Positions 38,539-48,750 of a stretch of DNA of 64,000 bases are shown here, piece by piece. Under the pieces are notes generated by a model that did no database searches, was not told the DNA's origin, and was given only the letters and a program-made list of their open reading frames with translations. Made by a program: the position numbers and the translations under genes. The stretch is from positions 64,001 through 128,000 of the forward strand of contig CAWBQK010000004.1 of assembly GCA_963791045.1 (NCBI GenBank), in the 5' to 3' direction. The DNA comes from Candidatus Latescibacterota bacterium. Lineage in GTDB: Bacteria > Krumholzibacteriota > Krumholzibacteriia > WVZY01. Numbering within the stretch: position 1 is the stretch's first letter; each line of letters opens with the position of its first letter.

Positions 38539-40043
38539 TTGAGAAAATCCTCTATAACGAGTTTAACCGTCGCCTTCGCGGAATTCATCACGCCGGGCAC
38601 ACCGGCCCCCGGATGAGTCCCCGCTCCAACGATGTAAAGACCGGGGATTCGATCGTCACGGTTGTGTGGCCTGAACCACGCGCTCTGTGTAAGCTTCGGC
38701 GCGCAGGAGAACGCCGACCCCATATACGTGTTGTAGACGTCCTTGAAGTTCTGTGGCGTGAACCACAACTTCGTCACGATATGTTTTCGAAGATCCGGGA
38801 GGTCCCTCTCGAGGTACGCAAGAATACGGTCCGCATACTCTTCACCGATTGTGTCCCAATCGAGCGGCGCGTTTCCGAGGTGCGGCACCGGCGACAACAC
38901 GTAAAAGGTTTCGCATCCGGGGGGCGCCAAAGTCGGGTCCGTCACCGTGGGCGCGTGAAGGTACAAACTGAAATCTTCGGGGAGCTTATTGCCGTAAAAA
39001 ATATCGTCGAGCAATCCCTTGTATCGCGGCCCGAACAAGATCGTGTGGTGCGCCACCTGCTCGTCGTATCGTCGGTTGGTGCCGAAATAGAGAACAAAGA
39101 GCGACATCGACCATTCCATTTTCTCCAGCCTGCGCTTCATCGGCGCCGCATCGGCAGCCCCGCCAAGCAACGTCGAATATGTGTGGTGTACGTCGGCATT
39201 CGACACAACGAGATCGAACGGTTCACGCTCTATCGCCTGAGTACTAACAAGATGCCTTGCGCGTCCGCTTCCCTTCTCGACGTCAATCTTTGACACTTCC
39301 GTCGTGAGCCGGATCTCTCCGCCCAGTTCCTGAAAGAGCTTGACTATTGCGCGGACAAGCGCGCCGGTCCCACCCCTGGGGAAAAACACACCCCACTCGC
39401 GTTCAAGGTAATGAATCAGCGTATAAATCGAACTCGTGTCGTACGGATTGCCCCCAACGAGAAGTGAGTGAAAACTAAGCGCCTCCCTGACATGCTCATT
39501 TTTAACATAACCGCTCACTGTCTTGTAAACCGAGCGATCCGCCCTCAAGCGTATGAGCGCGGGCGCGACTCGGATCATATCTCTGAACCGCAGAAAAGGT
39601 GTCGCGGCGAGCTCTGAATATCCAGCAATGAAAACGCGGCGCGCATAGTCCGTAAATTTGAGATATCCGTCCACATCGGAGGGATTCCGCTCCCTGATTT
39701 GCGCGATCATGGATTCGGAGTCACCATTGTAATTGAATGTATCGCCGTCTTCCCAGATGAGACGATAAAAAGGATCGACGGGAATCATCTCGACGTAGTC
39801 TGCAAGAACTCGCCCCGTTTCTGAAAACAGCTCTTCAAAAATCATAGGAGCCGTTATAACCGTCGGTCCTCCGTCGAAAATAAACCCCTGATCTTCGTAC
39901 ACGTACGCCCTTCCACCTGGTCGATCGCGCTTTTCAAATACGGTGGTTTGGATACCCGCGTTCTGCATCAAAACGGCGGCGGCGAGTCCGCCGAAACCGC
40001 TTCCTATCACCGCGGCGCGCGGTGAGGATGTGCCGCTATTCAT
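38535..40043 (-). CDS. crtI: Phytoene desaturase
   Basis: VIGSGFGGLA, PGGRAYV, FDGGPTVIT, SFHSLLVGGNP, SMSLFVLYFG, QSAWFRPHNRD, GAGTHPGAGVPGV. Confidence 0.96.
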   Translation of the reverse strand: MNSGTSSPRAAVIGSGFGGLAAAVLMQNAGIQTTVFEKRDRPGGRAYVYEDQGFIFDGGPTVITAPMIFEELFSETGRVLADYVEMIPVDPFYRLIWEDGDTFNYNGDSESMIAQIRERNPSDVDGYLKFTDYARRVFIAGYSELAATPFLRFRDMIRVAPALIRLRADRSVYKTVSGYVKNEHVREALSFHSLLVGGNPYDTSSIYTLIHYLEREWGVFFPRGGTGALVRAIVKLFQELGGEIRLTTEVSKIDVEKGSGRARHLVSTQAIEREPFDLVVSNADVHHTYSTLLGGAADAAPMKRRLEKMEWSMSLFVLYFGTNRRYDEQVAHHTILFGPRYKGLLDDIFYGNKLPEDFSLYLHAPTVTDPTLAPPGCETFYVLSPVPHLGNAPLDWDTIGEEYADRILAYLERDLPDLRKHIVTKLWFTPQNFKDVYNTYMGSAFSCAPKLTQSAWFRPHNRDDRIPGLYIVGAGTHPGAGVPGVMNSAKATVKLVIEDFLK

Positions 40044-41064
40044 ATGCTTTCTCCAGTTTTTGAACGTCTTCGCAAATATATTGCATGTGCGGCGAATCGC
40101 CGATCGCGTTGTACAAGTCGGTGACGGTCTGTCCGAGATGGGCGTGGATTCGATCATGGGCCATCGGCGCCAGGACTTTTCGCATTCTATCGATGACCTT
40201 TTCGGCATCCCAGTCAATCGATACGGCGTCCGCCTGCCTGGCGATTCCGGCGTATGTCACATCATCGCAATTTTCAGCGAGCCATGCCCACGGCCATGTA
40301 GGCCGCGCGTGGCGTATGTCTTCGATTCCCTTTTCTCTTCGCTTGAGGTTATTGATACCGCTCCAATCGTCAATCATTTGGAGTCCCAGGCCGAAATTGG
40401 CCCCAAACAGCGCCAGCGCCGCTGTCGTCGGTGACGACGCCCCGGCAGCGTGAGCCCCGATCAGCGCAGCCAGCTCCATCAGCGACCCGGTTTTCAGCCG
40501 GGTCGATCGAGCGACGACGATGGGAACCTGCTTCCTGGGCACATTCGTAATCTTCACCGTAAGATCGAGCGCCTGCCCCTTGTGGCATCTGAGCAAACCC
40601 AGGCTGATATCTTCAAAAAGCGCGAGGCGCACCGGCGCATCGAGTTTGACCCGAAAAAGAAGCGTCAGCGCCAAGAAATACATCCAATTTGCTGTATTGA
40701 GAGCGACCGGCACACCGTAGCTCCTGTGCAAGGCCGGCCCACCCCTGCGCGTCTCCGAATCATCCTCAATGTCGTCGATGACGAGGGAGCCGACGTGAAG
40801 CAGTTCGACCAGCACAGGAAGGACGTCGGGCGGTCCTTCGGCCGCCCCACCGGCGAGATGCCATGAGTGCTCGAGGACCGCGGCGCGAACGCCCTTACCC
40901 GAGCGGCTGAGAATATCCCGCGCCGGATCGAGCAGCGCTCGGTTCCAAAACGCCTGATCGAGGTCTTCATAATCGGCGCCTTCCGGCGGCAGACGCTCGA
41001 ACAACCCTCGCATGAGTTCCGAGAGATCGGCGTCGGGTCCCAACAATTTGTCGGCGAGATTCAC
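40036..41064 (-). CDS. crtE: Polyprenyl (geranylgeranyl) diphosphate synthase
   Basis: GKGVR, ELLHVGSLVIDDIEDDS.TRRG, GQALD, KTGSL, QMIDD. Confidence 0.88.
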   Translation of the reverse strand: MNLADKLLGPDADLSELMRGLFERLPPEGADYEDLDQAFWNRALLDPARDILSRSGKGVRAAVLEHSWHLAGGAAEGPPDVLPVLVELLHVGSLVIDDIEDDSETRRGGPALHRSYGVPVALNTANWMYFLALTLLFRVKLDAPVRLALFEDISLGLLRCHKGQALDLTVKITNVPRKQVPIVVARSTRLKTGSLMELAALIGAHAAGASSPTTAALALFGANFGLGLQMIDDWSGINNLKRREKGIEDIRHARPTWPWAWLAENCDDVTYAGIARQADAVSIDWDAEKVIDRMRKVLAPMAHDRIHAHLGQTVTDLYNAIGDSPHMQYICEDVQKLEKAYE

Positions 41065-42218
41065 GACTGTTTTCCCCTTCTCGTTCGAAAACGAACTGAT
41101 AACCCCGCGGGGGGCTTTCCGGCCAGCAAACGAATCCGGTCGAAAAATGTCATTCGCAGAGCATAGAAACGCCTGATCGTCTCAATAGGAAACCGATAAA
41201 ACCGTTTGAATATATGCCACCGCGACTCCGGTGGATACCAGCGGAACAGAAAATTATTGAGCAGATGGCAGTACCGGGACTGGGACGCGTGGGGACGGAC
41301 CAGTTCATCGAGACCCCGCCGCGCGAGTTCTTCTGTTGAGCTCGCCGCGATGTAAGCTGCAACTCGGGCGGCGATGGGAAACGAATATCCCGTAGCCGGA
41401 TGAAACCAACCGCCCCGATAACCCGCTACGATGGGCCCCGCCGACCCGTTTGGGAGCGATCCCGTCCACGGCATCGGGAGCACCCCGGTCTCCTCGCGAA
41501 CAACGGCCGAGATGACATATCCTCGCTCCTCGGCGTACCGCATGATTTCGGCTCGAATCGCGTCTACGTTCAATTTTTGTGAATGATGAAAATAGGTGTC
41601 CTCGATGAGCAATCTGTCGGACGCCAACGGGAGAATATACATAAACCGGAATCCGTTTGTCTGATCCACCGTCGCATCCATCAACACCGGCATCTTCAAA
41701 TCGTGCGGTGTCGAAAGATCGACCTCGAGGCCCACAAATTTCTGAAAACCCGCCGTGAACTCGAGGCCATCGGCCTGCTCAGGTCCGCGGGCGTCAATCA
41801 CGACAGTCCCGGTCACTATTGCTCCGCCGGAGAGGTGAACCCCGTTGCTTTCTATCCGGCTCGCCTCCTCGCCGAGGAACAAACGGGACCCTTCATGTTT
41901 TTCGATGACGTCACGAACCACGCGGTCCATGCGATCGCTCGTTATCGCCGATAGGCGCCATCGATCGTCCACTGAAAGCCGGGGAAACAAACCGAGTAAG
42001 AAGGCCATCGGTGACACACCAGACGGCGCAACCCAATCGAGAACCGCGGGCGCGACATCTTCGGAGTGAAAACACCGCGTGTGGTTACCGCCGAGCCTGG
42101 TCTCGCGTTCGACGATGGCGATACGCACAGCCGGATTGTGCGCCCTAAGCGCAAGCGCAATCAAACCGCTTTGGAGCCCGCCCCCAACAAGTATATATTC
42201 ATATTCAGCTGCAACCAT
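41061..42218 (-). CDS. crtY: Lycopene beta-cyclase (CrtY type), with an internal compensated frameshift pair at about 41950-42023
   Basis: LVGGGLQSGLIA, GGNHT, VIDARG, FQKFVG, MDATVDQ..GFRFMY.LP, IEDTY, FHPATGYS, RFYRFP...I.RFYA. Confidence 0.9.
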   Translation of the reverse strand: MVAAEYEYILVGGGLQSGLIALALRAHNPAVRIAIVERETRLGGNHTRCFHSEDVAPAVLDWVAPSGVSPMAFLLGLFPRLSVDDRWRLSAITSDRMDRVVRDVIEKHEGSRLFLGEEASRIESNGVHLSGGAIVTGTVVIDARGPEQADGLEFTAGFQKFVGLEVDLSTPHDLKMPVLMDATVDQTNGFRFMYILPLASDRLLIEDTYFHHSQKLNVDAIRAEIMRYAEERGYVISAVVREETGVLPMPWTGSLPNGSAGPIVAGYRGGWFHPATGYSFPIAARVAAYIAASSTEELARRGLDELVRPHASQSRYCHLLNNFLFRWYPPESRWHIFKRFYRFPIETIRRFYALRMTFFDRIRLLAGKPPAGLSVRFRTRRGKQS

Positions 42219-42383
42219 GATCCTAACTTGCTTCTGTTAGATCACAATATACCAACCGGGAGACGACCGCCACGGCAATCGTATAGTATTCGCATGTCGA
42301 TTCGTCGCGGGAATCTTCGTGAGCGCCGAACAACCGGTGTATCCGTGCCCGAACCGGGGTTAGAAATTCATTTCATCGGGGGA

Positions 42384-43136
42384 TCAACGGTGGTTTTTGG
42401 GTTTTTCGAAGACCATGAAATGCTGCCATGGGAGAGCAAAACTAGTCCCAAGCCATTTGAGCCCCACCGCCTCCATTTCAACGCGGGCCTGTCGTTCCGA
42501 CATTTTGTGGAGAGGCTTCATCGGCACGTCCGGGTCCTCCGCTCGATATTCGACGAGTACGACTCGCCCGCCGGGACTGAGTGAGCTGAAGATGTTACGC
42601 ATCATCTCATATGGGTGCGAAAATTCATGGTAGGCGTCGACAAGCAGAACCATGTCGACACTTTCGTCAGGCAGTTTTGGATCGAAGATGCTCCCACGCA
42701 CCGGGATCACGTTGTCCACCCGGTTTCGAACCATCCGTTCCTGGATGAACTCGAGCATTTCGGGCTCGATGTCGACCGCGTAGACCTTTCCTTCTGGCAC
42801 AAGTGGGCTGATCCGAAACGTGAAATAGCCGGTTCCAGCGCCAATGTCCGCGACGACATCGGTCTTGGAAAGCGAGAGTTTGCGGATAAGCACATCGGGG
42901 GCCTCTTCGGCCTCGCGATCACCGCGTTCGAGCCACTCGGCACCGCGATGACCCATGACCTGCGCAATCTCTCTCCCCATATAAAACTTGCCCGTGCCGT
43001 CCCGCGATGCCTTTCCATATGTATAGACCGAGTCCGCCGTAGTCCCCGCCGAAGCGGGGACGTAGGCCAGAGTAATAGTGCACCAAGCGCCATCGCCGTT
43101 ATCGCGCGGCCCGGCCGACTTAACATGTTCGTTCAT
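42384..43136 (-). CDS. Class I SAM-dependent methyltransferase (probably exported)
   Basis: MGREIAQVMGH.GA.WLER, ADIGAGTGYF, VDAYHEF, LPWQH. A signal peptide starting at ATG 43126 is in another frame and would join near 43070. Confidence 0.85.
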   Translation of the reverse strand: MNEHVKSAGPRDNGDGAWCTITLAYVPASAGTTADSVYTYGKASRDGTGKFYMGREIAQVMGHRGAEWLERGDREAEEAPDVLIRKLSLSKTDVVADIGAGTGYFTFRISPLVPEGKVYAVDIEPEMLEFIQERMVRNRVDNVIPVRGSIFDPKLPDESVDMVLLVDAYHEFSHPYEMMRNIFSSLSPGGRVVLVEYRAEDPDVPMKPLHKMSERQARVEMEAVGLKWLGTSFALPWQHFMVFEKPKNHR

Positions 43137-43316
43137 CCCTCCTTTCCGGTGTTTCCCGGATGATTTGCGACCCCAACGCCGTCCTCCAAACCTAACCGTC
43201 CCTATACACAGGAGCAAGTGAGAACGGATGAATCCCGACCCGCCTTACTCATGCAAATATATCATGTTGTTAATTAACACGTTAGAAGATAGTGGTGAAA
43301 TTTATCAAGAATTCGG

Positions 43317-43365
43317 TTGACTGGATCTGTATGTCTGGTTATTGTCCAGGACAGTTACTAGACAT
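43317..43365 (+). promoter_or_regulatory. sigma70-like promoter overlapped by a 35-bp palindromic operator
   Basis: TTGACT (43317)-17-TATTGT (43340); dyad ATGTCTGGTTATTGTCC-A-GGACAGTTACTAGACAT at 43331-43365, 14 of 17 positions matching. Confidence 0.6.
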
Positions 43366-43408
43366 TCCGTTCCCTTTGTCGAACTCTACTAATCTTGAAG
43401 GAGTCACC

Positions 43409-44033
43409 ATGTTTAAGTATTCGATGATCGTAATTGGCCTCGTAGCCGCCCTTCTGCTCGGGGCATGTGCCGACGAAACCACCGGCCCCAATGTGAATGA
43501 TGGATTGCAAGCAAGCAAGGCCGCCCCAAAAAAGGGAACGGACTCTATCGCGCAGATCGCCACGGATGCGGGCTTCGTAGAACTCGTCGGCGCATTGTCG
43601 TACGTGGATAGCGAACTTGGGATGGGGCTTGGTCGACATGTTTATGTACGGCAAGGATCAGTACACCGTATTCGCGCCCAACGACCTCGCGTTCGAGAAC
43701 CTTTACGCACTTCTCAGCGACGTTCTCGATACACCGATCGACGAAATTACCGACATTCCCGCGGAAATAGTGCGCGACGTTCTTCTCTACCATGTTACTG
43801 ACGGCCGCCGAGCGTCTAACAGTGTCGTTCCGAAGCGGGGCGAACGCGTTATCACGCCTCTGCTCGAAGAAGCGTTTTTTGTTCGCACCGACCTCTCGAT
43901 TCGCGACGGGCTCACCGGTCTCCGTACCGATGCGCGCATCGACTCTCCCAATATTTCGGCGAGCAACGGCATCATTCATGCAATAACCGAGGTCATCGTC
44001 CCCCCGTCGGTGGTCGCAGCGCTCACCAGCTAA
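43409..44033 (+). CDS. Fasciclin (FAS1) domain lipoprotein; +1 frameshift in the G4 run at 43624-43627
   Basis: RBS AAGGAG; lipobox LGAC; second frame carries YTVFAPNDLAF, VLLYHV, ASNGIIHAITEVIVP. Confidence 0.85.
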
Positions 44034-44084
44034 AAACGAATACCGAATCTGGACGGGTCGGGTCCAGCGAGGCCCGCGTCCAGC

Positions 44085-44118
44085 GAGAGAGGCCGCTCTT
44101 CCAAGAGCGGCCTCTCTC
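44085..44118. terminator. Perfect 16-bp hairpin after the fasciclin gene, probable terminator
   Basis: GAGAGAGGCCGCTCTT-CC-AAGAGCGGCCTCTCTC between convergent genes. Confidence 0.65.
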
Positions 44119-44350
44119 CATTTGCTATACCTCGGAATGATCCGCACGGCCCCATTCAAACGTGCAAAATAGCGCAGAGAAAATAAAGCGCAATCCTATT
44201 TTAACAGAACTGCGTCACGCGTGAGCGACTGCTTTCCGGCGGAAATTGTTGGAGCGTCAAACATTGAAATCAAATGCCGAGTGTCCCGGTTTTGATCCCA
44301 TCGGAGGGGCTCGATCGAAAACATACACTGAGAAGAGGTGTCCGCAAGAG

Positions 44351-44728
44351 CTACAGAAGAATCTGCTCGGCTTCGGGCGCGCATTCTTGTTCGCGCAAAC
44401 ACTTCACGGCGTCGTTTACAGAGTTGAATGTGGAGAAGACGATACACAGCCTCGTAACCGATAAAATACTGTGAATCTTGTCCGTCACATTCGCGAGCAC
44501 CAGCTCTCCTCCGGCATCCTTCACTAGTTTGTGGGCTCCAATGAGCATCCCGACACCCTGGCTGTTCGCCCAGGGCACTTTGTGGAGATTTACGATAATG
44601 CGAGTCTTTTGCTGTTCCAGAATTCCCTCGATGAACTCCCGGAAGGTATCCGAGTTTGCTCCCCCAACCAGATGACCTTCGATGTCCACAATAACAGCAC
44701 CGTAGACTTCGCGCGTCTTGACTTTCAT
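44351..44728 (-). CDS. STAS-domain anti-sigma factor antagonist
   Basis: IIVNL.KV.WANSQGVGMLI (conserved Ser), GGELVL, ILSVTRL; RBS GGAGG. Confidence 0.88.
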   Translation of the reverse strand: MKVKTREVYGAVIVDIEGHLVGGANSDTFREFIEGILEQQKTRIIVNLHKVPWANSQGVGMLIGAHKLVKDAGGELVLANVTDKIHSILSVTRLCIVFSTFNSVNDAVKCLREQECAPEAEQILL

Positions 44729-44904
44729 TGTCCCATGCCTCCTTGACCCGTTTCGGGTGGTCCCCATCATCCCAACACCCTGCCGTGGTCTCACCCTTAA
44801 CTACCCCAAAGAGGCAACATAAGTTGCGTCGCAACGAACTATTTAAACCAACAAGCGTGAGCGCCCTCCTAACAGGTTCTCCCACAGTGTGTTACAAAAC
44901 TCAC

Positions 44905-47900
44905 TCAACGTGGCCAATCAGGCACTCCGCGCCCCGGCGTCCATGGCGCGCCGGCCGATTCGAGCTCGCGCTCGAGCGCCGGAAGGTCCGTGTCCACAAT
45001 CTGGCGCAGATCCGTGGCAGCAATCGCAAACGCCTCGGAGGCGATTTCAAAATTCTTCCTGTGAGTTGCCGTCGGCGCGGACGTGGTCCCCCACAGCCCC
45101 CATATGATCTGATTGATTCGGTCCATGATTCCCGGCATCGCCGGTTCGCTGCGATCGCTCGTCGTCGGATCGCCTCTGAACTGTTCACCCAGATCCGCCA
45201 GCCTTAACTCAAGATCGCGAGCCCATCCGAGAAACGACGGATCGAGTCCCGGTGTTTTCTCAATTGTTTGTTTGATGTATCTGACACGGTTGGCGGCCTC
45301 TTTGACCACTTCGTTTGCGCCGAATACCGCACGCTGGAGCTCGCGGGTCTGTTTTGCGAAAGCCAATACCGACTCGCGATCCGCGGGCGGGAGGGACGGC
45401 TCACCGACGGGCGCCACTTCAAAATCGACGGGGCCCGCGATCGTGGTCATCCTGCCATCGATTCGTTTGTCGAGGGATACGTTGTACGATCCCGGAAGCG
45501 CAAGGGGTCCGTAACCGTCGGACTCGAGTTTTGTCGGCTCGAAACCCGGGTAACGGAAATCCCACGTCACGCGATGAATGCCCGCAGTCGTCTCGCCATC
45601 GACTCGCCGAACGACCTCACCACGGTTGTCTCTTACGGTTAAAACGATCGCAGGATCTTCCTCACGGTCTTCCGCCTTGAGTTCATCCCATGCGGGATAA
45701 AACACGTCGTCACCCTTTTTTTGCAGTTCGCTTTCCTTCTTTTGTCTCAACGCTTGCCTGGTCTCCAGAGCGTCCTTGAGATAGTAGGTGAACGTGGCGC
45801 CGAACGGCGGGTTGGGCGCCGTGAAGAAAGCGGCTCCCTGATATGCCTTGTCTTTGCCTGCCATCGGACGGGCTTCGACGTACATCAATGCTTTCTTCAC
45901 CGGAAAGATCACTCCCTCCTTGTCGAGGGTCTCGGCGGTCAACCCGCGCAGCGGCGTGTAATCATCCAGCACGTAGAACCCGCGACCAAAGGTCCCCGCG
46001 ACAAGGTCGTTTTCGCGCCGCTGTATGGCGAGGTCGCGGACGGAGATTGTCGGAATCCCCTTCTTGAGCTGCGTCCACTTCCCGCCGCCATCAACGGTGA
46101 AGAACACGCCAAACTCGGTGCCTGCAAAAAGTAGATCGGGGTTCACGTGATCCTGCGTCACTGAGTAGACCGAGCCGCGCTCGGGCAGGCTTCCAGAAAT
46201 CAGTTTCCATTTACGCCCACGGTTTTCGCTCTTAATGACATACGGTTTGAAGTCGCCCTTTTTGTGGTTGTTGATTGCGGCGAACACAACGTTCTCGTCA
46301 AAGAGCGACGCTCGGATATCATTCACATAGGCCATTTCTGGAACATCGGCAAATTTATCCACTCTCTCCCAATTCTCGCCGCCATCCTCGGTGACCTGGA
46401 TGAGACCATCATCCGTGCCCGCATAGATCAGTCCCTCTTTGAGAGGCGATTCGCTGAGCGCCACAATGGTCCCGTAGAACGACGTCGAGTTGTTCTTCGC
46501 AACGGCGTCGACACTCCACACCCTGTCCATCACTTCGAGCTTGTTGCGGTCGAGGTTTCGGGTGAGATCTCCGCTCACCGCCCGCCAGCTGTCCCCGCGA
46601 TCGTCGCTTCGAAAGAGGATCTGCGAACCGTAATAGAGCCGTGTATGTAGATGCGGGCTGATAATGAGCCCCGAATCCCAGTTCCATCGAAGCGGCGGAC
46701 CGCCGGCATCCTCCTGAGGTTTAATATCAACTCTCTCGCCCGTTTTCTTGTCGAACCTGACGAGCCCCCCGTACTGCCACTGCGAGTAAACGATGTTGGG
46801 ATCGGTGGGATCGATGGCCGGCTCGAAACCGTCGCCAAACACAGTCACAATCCAGTCGCTGTTGCGAATCCCGTGAATGTTGTTGGTCCGCGTGGGACCG
46901 CCCTGAGTCGCGTTGTCCTGCGTTCCGCCGTACACGTTGTAAAAGGGCGTGTCATTGTCGACAGCGATTTTGTAGAACTGCGTCACGGGCAGATTCGCCG
47001 TGTAGCGGTAGTTCTTTCCGAAATCCCACGTCTCGTACAATCCGCCATCATTTCCAAGAATCAGATGGTCCGAGTCTTCGGGATCAAAGTAAATGGCGTG
47101 TTCATCGACATGTTTAAACTCACGGCCGAACCGTTCCCATGTTTTCCCCCCGTCGGACGTGACCATCACATAGGTATCAAGGGAAAACACGCGGTCAAAC
47201 ATGTGCGGATCCGCATAAATTTCCTGATAGTACTGGGGACTGCCCGAGATATAGTCGTTTTGCCGGACCCAGTTCTCTCCCCTGTCCTCCGACCGGTAAA
47301 AACCGCCTTTACCCTGCGCCGCTTCAACGATTGCATACAGGACATCGGGTTTGATTGGCGACACTGCAATTCCAATCCGTCCCATGTCTACTTCGGGAAG
47401 TCCCTTGTTTATCTTCCTCCAGTTTTCGCCGCCATCGGTTGATTTATAAATCGCCGATTCGGGACCACCGTTCAAGAGCACCCACACATGACGGCGTCTC
47501 TGGTAGGACGCGGCGTATAAAACATCGGGGTTACGCGGGTCGAAATGGACATCGGTAACACCGGTATTTTCGCTGATATCGAGGACGAGATCCCACGTCT
47601 TGCCTCCATCAATGGTCTTGTAAAGCCCTCTATCGCCCCCCGGCGACCACAGTGGACCCTGTGCGGCGACAAACACAACGTCCGTATCACGCGGGTCGAT
47701 CAGGATTTTCCCGATGTGCTCAGAGTTTTTCAAACCCACGTTCTCGAAGTGCTTCCCGCCATCGATGGATTTGTAAACCCCATCGCCATATCCGACGCTC
47801 CGCTGGCTATTGTTCTCGCCGGTGCCGACCCAGATGACATGGCGGTTGCCGGGATCGATCGCGAGACACCCGATTGAATAGGACCCGTAGGAATCAAAAA

Positions 47901-48192
47901 TCGGGTCCCACGTCGTTCCCGCATTCACCGTCTTCCAAACATTGCCGGAGCTGACCCCGATATACCATGTGCTCTTCCGCTCGGGATCGACAACGATGTC
48001 GCCGATTCGTCCCGACATAAAGGCCGGGCCGATTCCACGAAAAGACAAACCCGCCACGGCCTTTGCAACAGCGTCCGGCGGGTCCTTCTTGTCTTCGTCT
48101 TTCTTGGCTTTTGCGTTTTCGGCGAGACCACCAAAGATCACCACGCACGCGAACACACAACACAGCACCATGGCAAGCCGCGGCTTATTCAT
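44905..48192 (-). CDS. Secreted BNR/Asp-box (VPS10-like) beta-propeller glycosyl hydrolase-like protein
   Basis: RGIGPAFMSGRI, many S.DGG..W Asp-boxes, GGTQDN, GTEFG, GTFGRG. Confidence 0.9.
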   Translation of the reverse strand: MNKPRLAMVLCCVFACVVIFGGLAENAKAKKDEDKKDPPDAVAKAVAGLSFRGIGPAFMSGRIGDIVVDPERKSTWYIGVSSGNVWKTVNAGTTWDPIFDSYGSYSIGCLAIDPGNRHVIWVGTGENNSQRSVGYGDGVYKSIDGGKHFENVGLKNSEHIGKILIDPRDTDVVFVAAQGPLWSPGGDRGLYKTIDGGKTWDLVLDISENTGVTDVHFDPRNPDVLYAASYQRRRHVWVLLNGGPESAIYKSTDGGENWRKINKGLPEVDMGRIGIAVSPIKPDVLYAIVEAAQGKGGFYRSEDRGENWVRQNDYISGSPQYYQEIYADPHMFDRVFSLDTYVMVTSDGGKTWERFGREFKHVDEHAIYFDPEDSDHLILGNDGGLYETWDFGKNYRYTANLPVTQFYKIAVDNDTPFYNVYGGTQDNATQGGPTRTNNIHGIRNSDWIVTVFGDGFEPAIDPTDPNIVYSQWQYGGLVRFDKKTGERVDIKPQEDAGGPPLRWNWDSGLIISPHLHTRLYYGSQILFRSDDRGDSWRAVSGDLTRNLDRNKLEVMDRVWSVDAVAKNNSTSFYGTIVALSESPLKEGLIYAGTDDGLIQVTEDGGENWERVDKFADVPEMAYVNDIRASLFDENVVFAAINNHKKGDFKPYVIKSENRGRKWKLISGSLPERGSVYSVTQDHVNPDLLFAGTEFGVFFTVDGGGKWTQLKKGIPTISVRDLAIQRRENDLVAGTFGRGFYVLDDYTPLRGLTAETLDKEGVIFPVKKALMYVEARPMAGKDKAYQGAAFFTAPNPPFGATFTYYLKDALETRQALRQKKESELQKKGDDVFYPAWDELKAEDREEDPAIVLTVRDNRGEVVRRVDGETTAGIHRVTWDFRYPGFEPTKLESDGYGPLALPGSYNVSLDKRIDGRMTTIAGPVDFEVAPVGEPSLPPADRESVLAFAKQTRELQRAVFGANEVVKEAANRVRYIKQTIEKTPGLDPSFLGWARDLELRLADLGEQFRGDPTTSDRSEPAMPGIMDRINQIIWGLWGTTSAPTATHRKNFEIASEAFAIAATDLRQIVDTDLPALERELESAGAPWTPGRGVPDWPR

Positions 48193-48237
48193 CGGAACTC
48201 CTTTTCGCGGTTTCGGAACAACAAGTGAGCATCTCAA

Positions 48238-48750
48238 CTATATTCTCAATTTTTTATTTCTTTTCGCGATGTACGGGCGAACAAAAAGATAGAGCCCTGT
48301 TCCCCACAAACCGGTGAGGACGAGGGCCGACGGGAGAAAGATCCAAAGCTTCGCCCCCGGATGAAAAAAGCTCCCGTCGTGGATACTCTCGATAAGGTCG
48401 GAACGCCGGACGGATACCTGGAGGACCTCTCCGGTGTTGGTGTCGACCTGGACCTCGATACGGCTTTTACAGCGGACTTTGACCATTCCCTTCCACGGTC
48501 GTACGTCCAGGCGGTCGATATCATTCCACGTCTCGACTTCCGCTTCTGGGACCGACCTCGTTGCCGCGAGGATCTCATCGAATCCGATTGTGGGTTCTTT
48601 TGTCGACCCGCGCTGCGACGGCGGTTGAATCCAATCGGAATTCTTCTTGAGTTGCAGCATGACGCCGGTGACGATCACTATCACAAGAGGCAGTGCGATG
48701 AGAATCGCTCCCCAGCGGTGGAGTTTGCGATTCCATTTGGCAGCGTTCAT
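48238..48750 (-). CDS. PepSY-associated TM domain protein
   Basis: RKLHRW, TG.MLQLKK, IDRLDVRP.KG, IESIHDGSFF, TGLYLF. Confidence 0.85.
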   Translation of the reverse strand: MNAAKWNRKLHRWGAILIALPLVIVIVTGVMLQLKKNSDWIQPPSQRGSTKEPTIGFDEILAATRSVPEAEVETWNDIDRLDVRPWKGMVKVRCKSRIEVQVDTNTGEVLQVSVRRSDLIESIHDGSFFHPGAKLWIFLPSALVLTGLWGTGLYLFVRPYIAKRNKKLRI

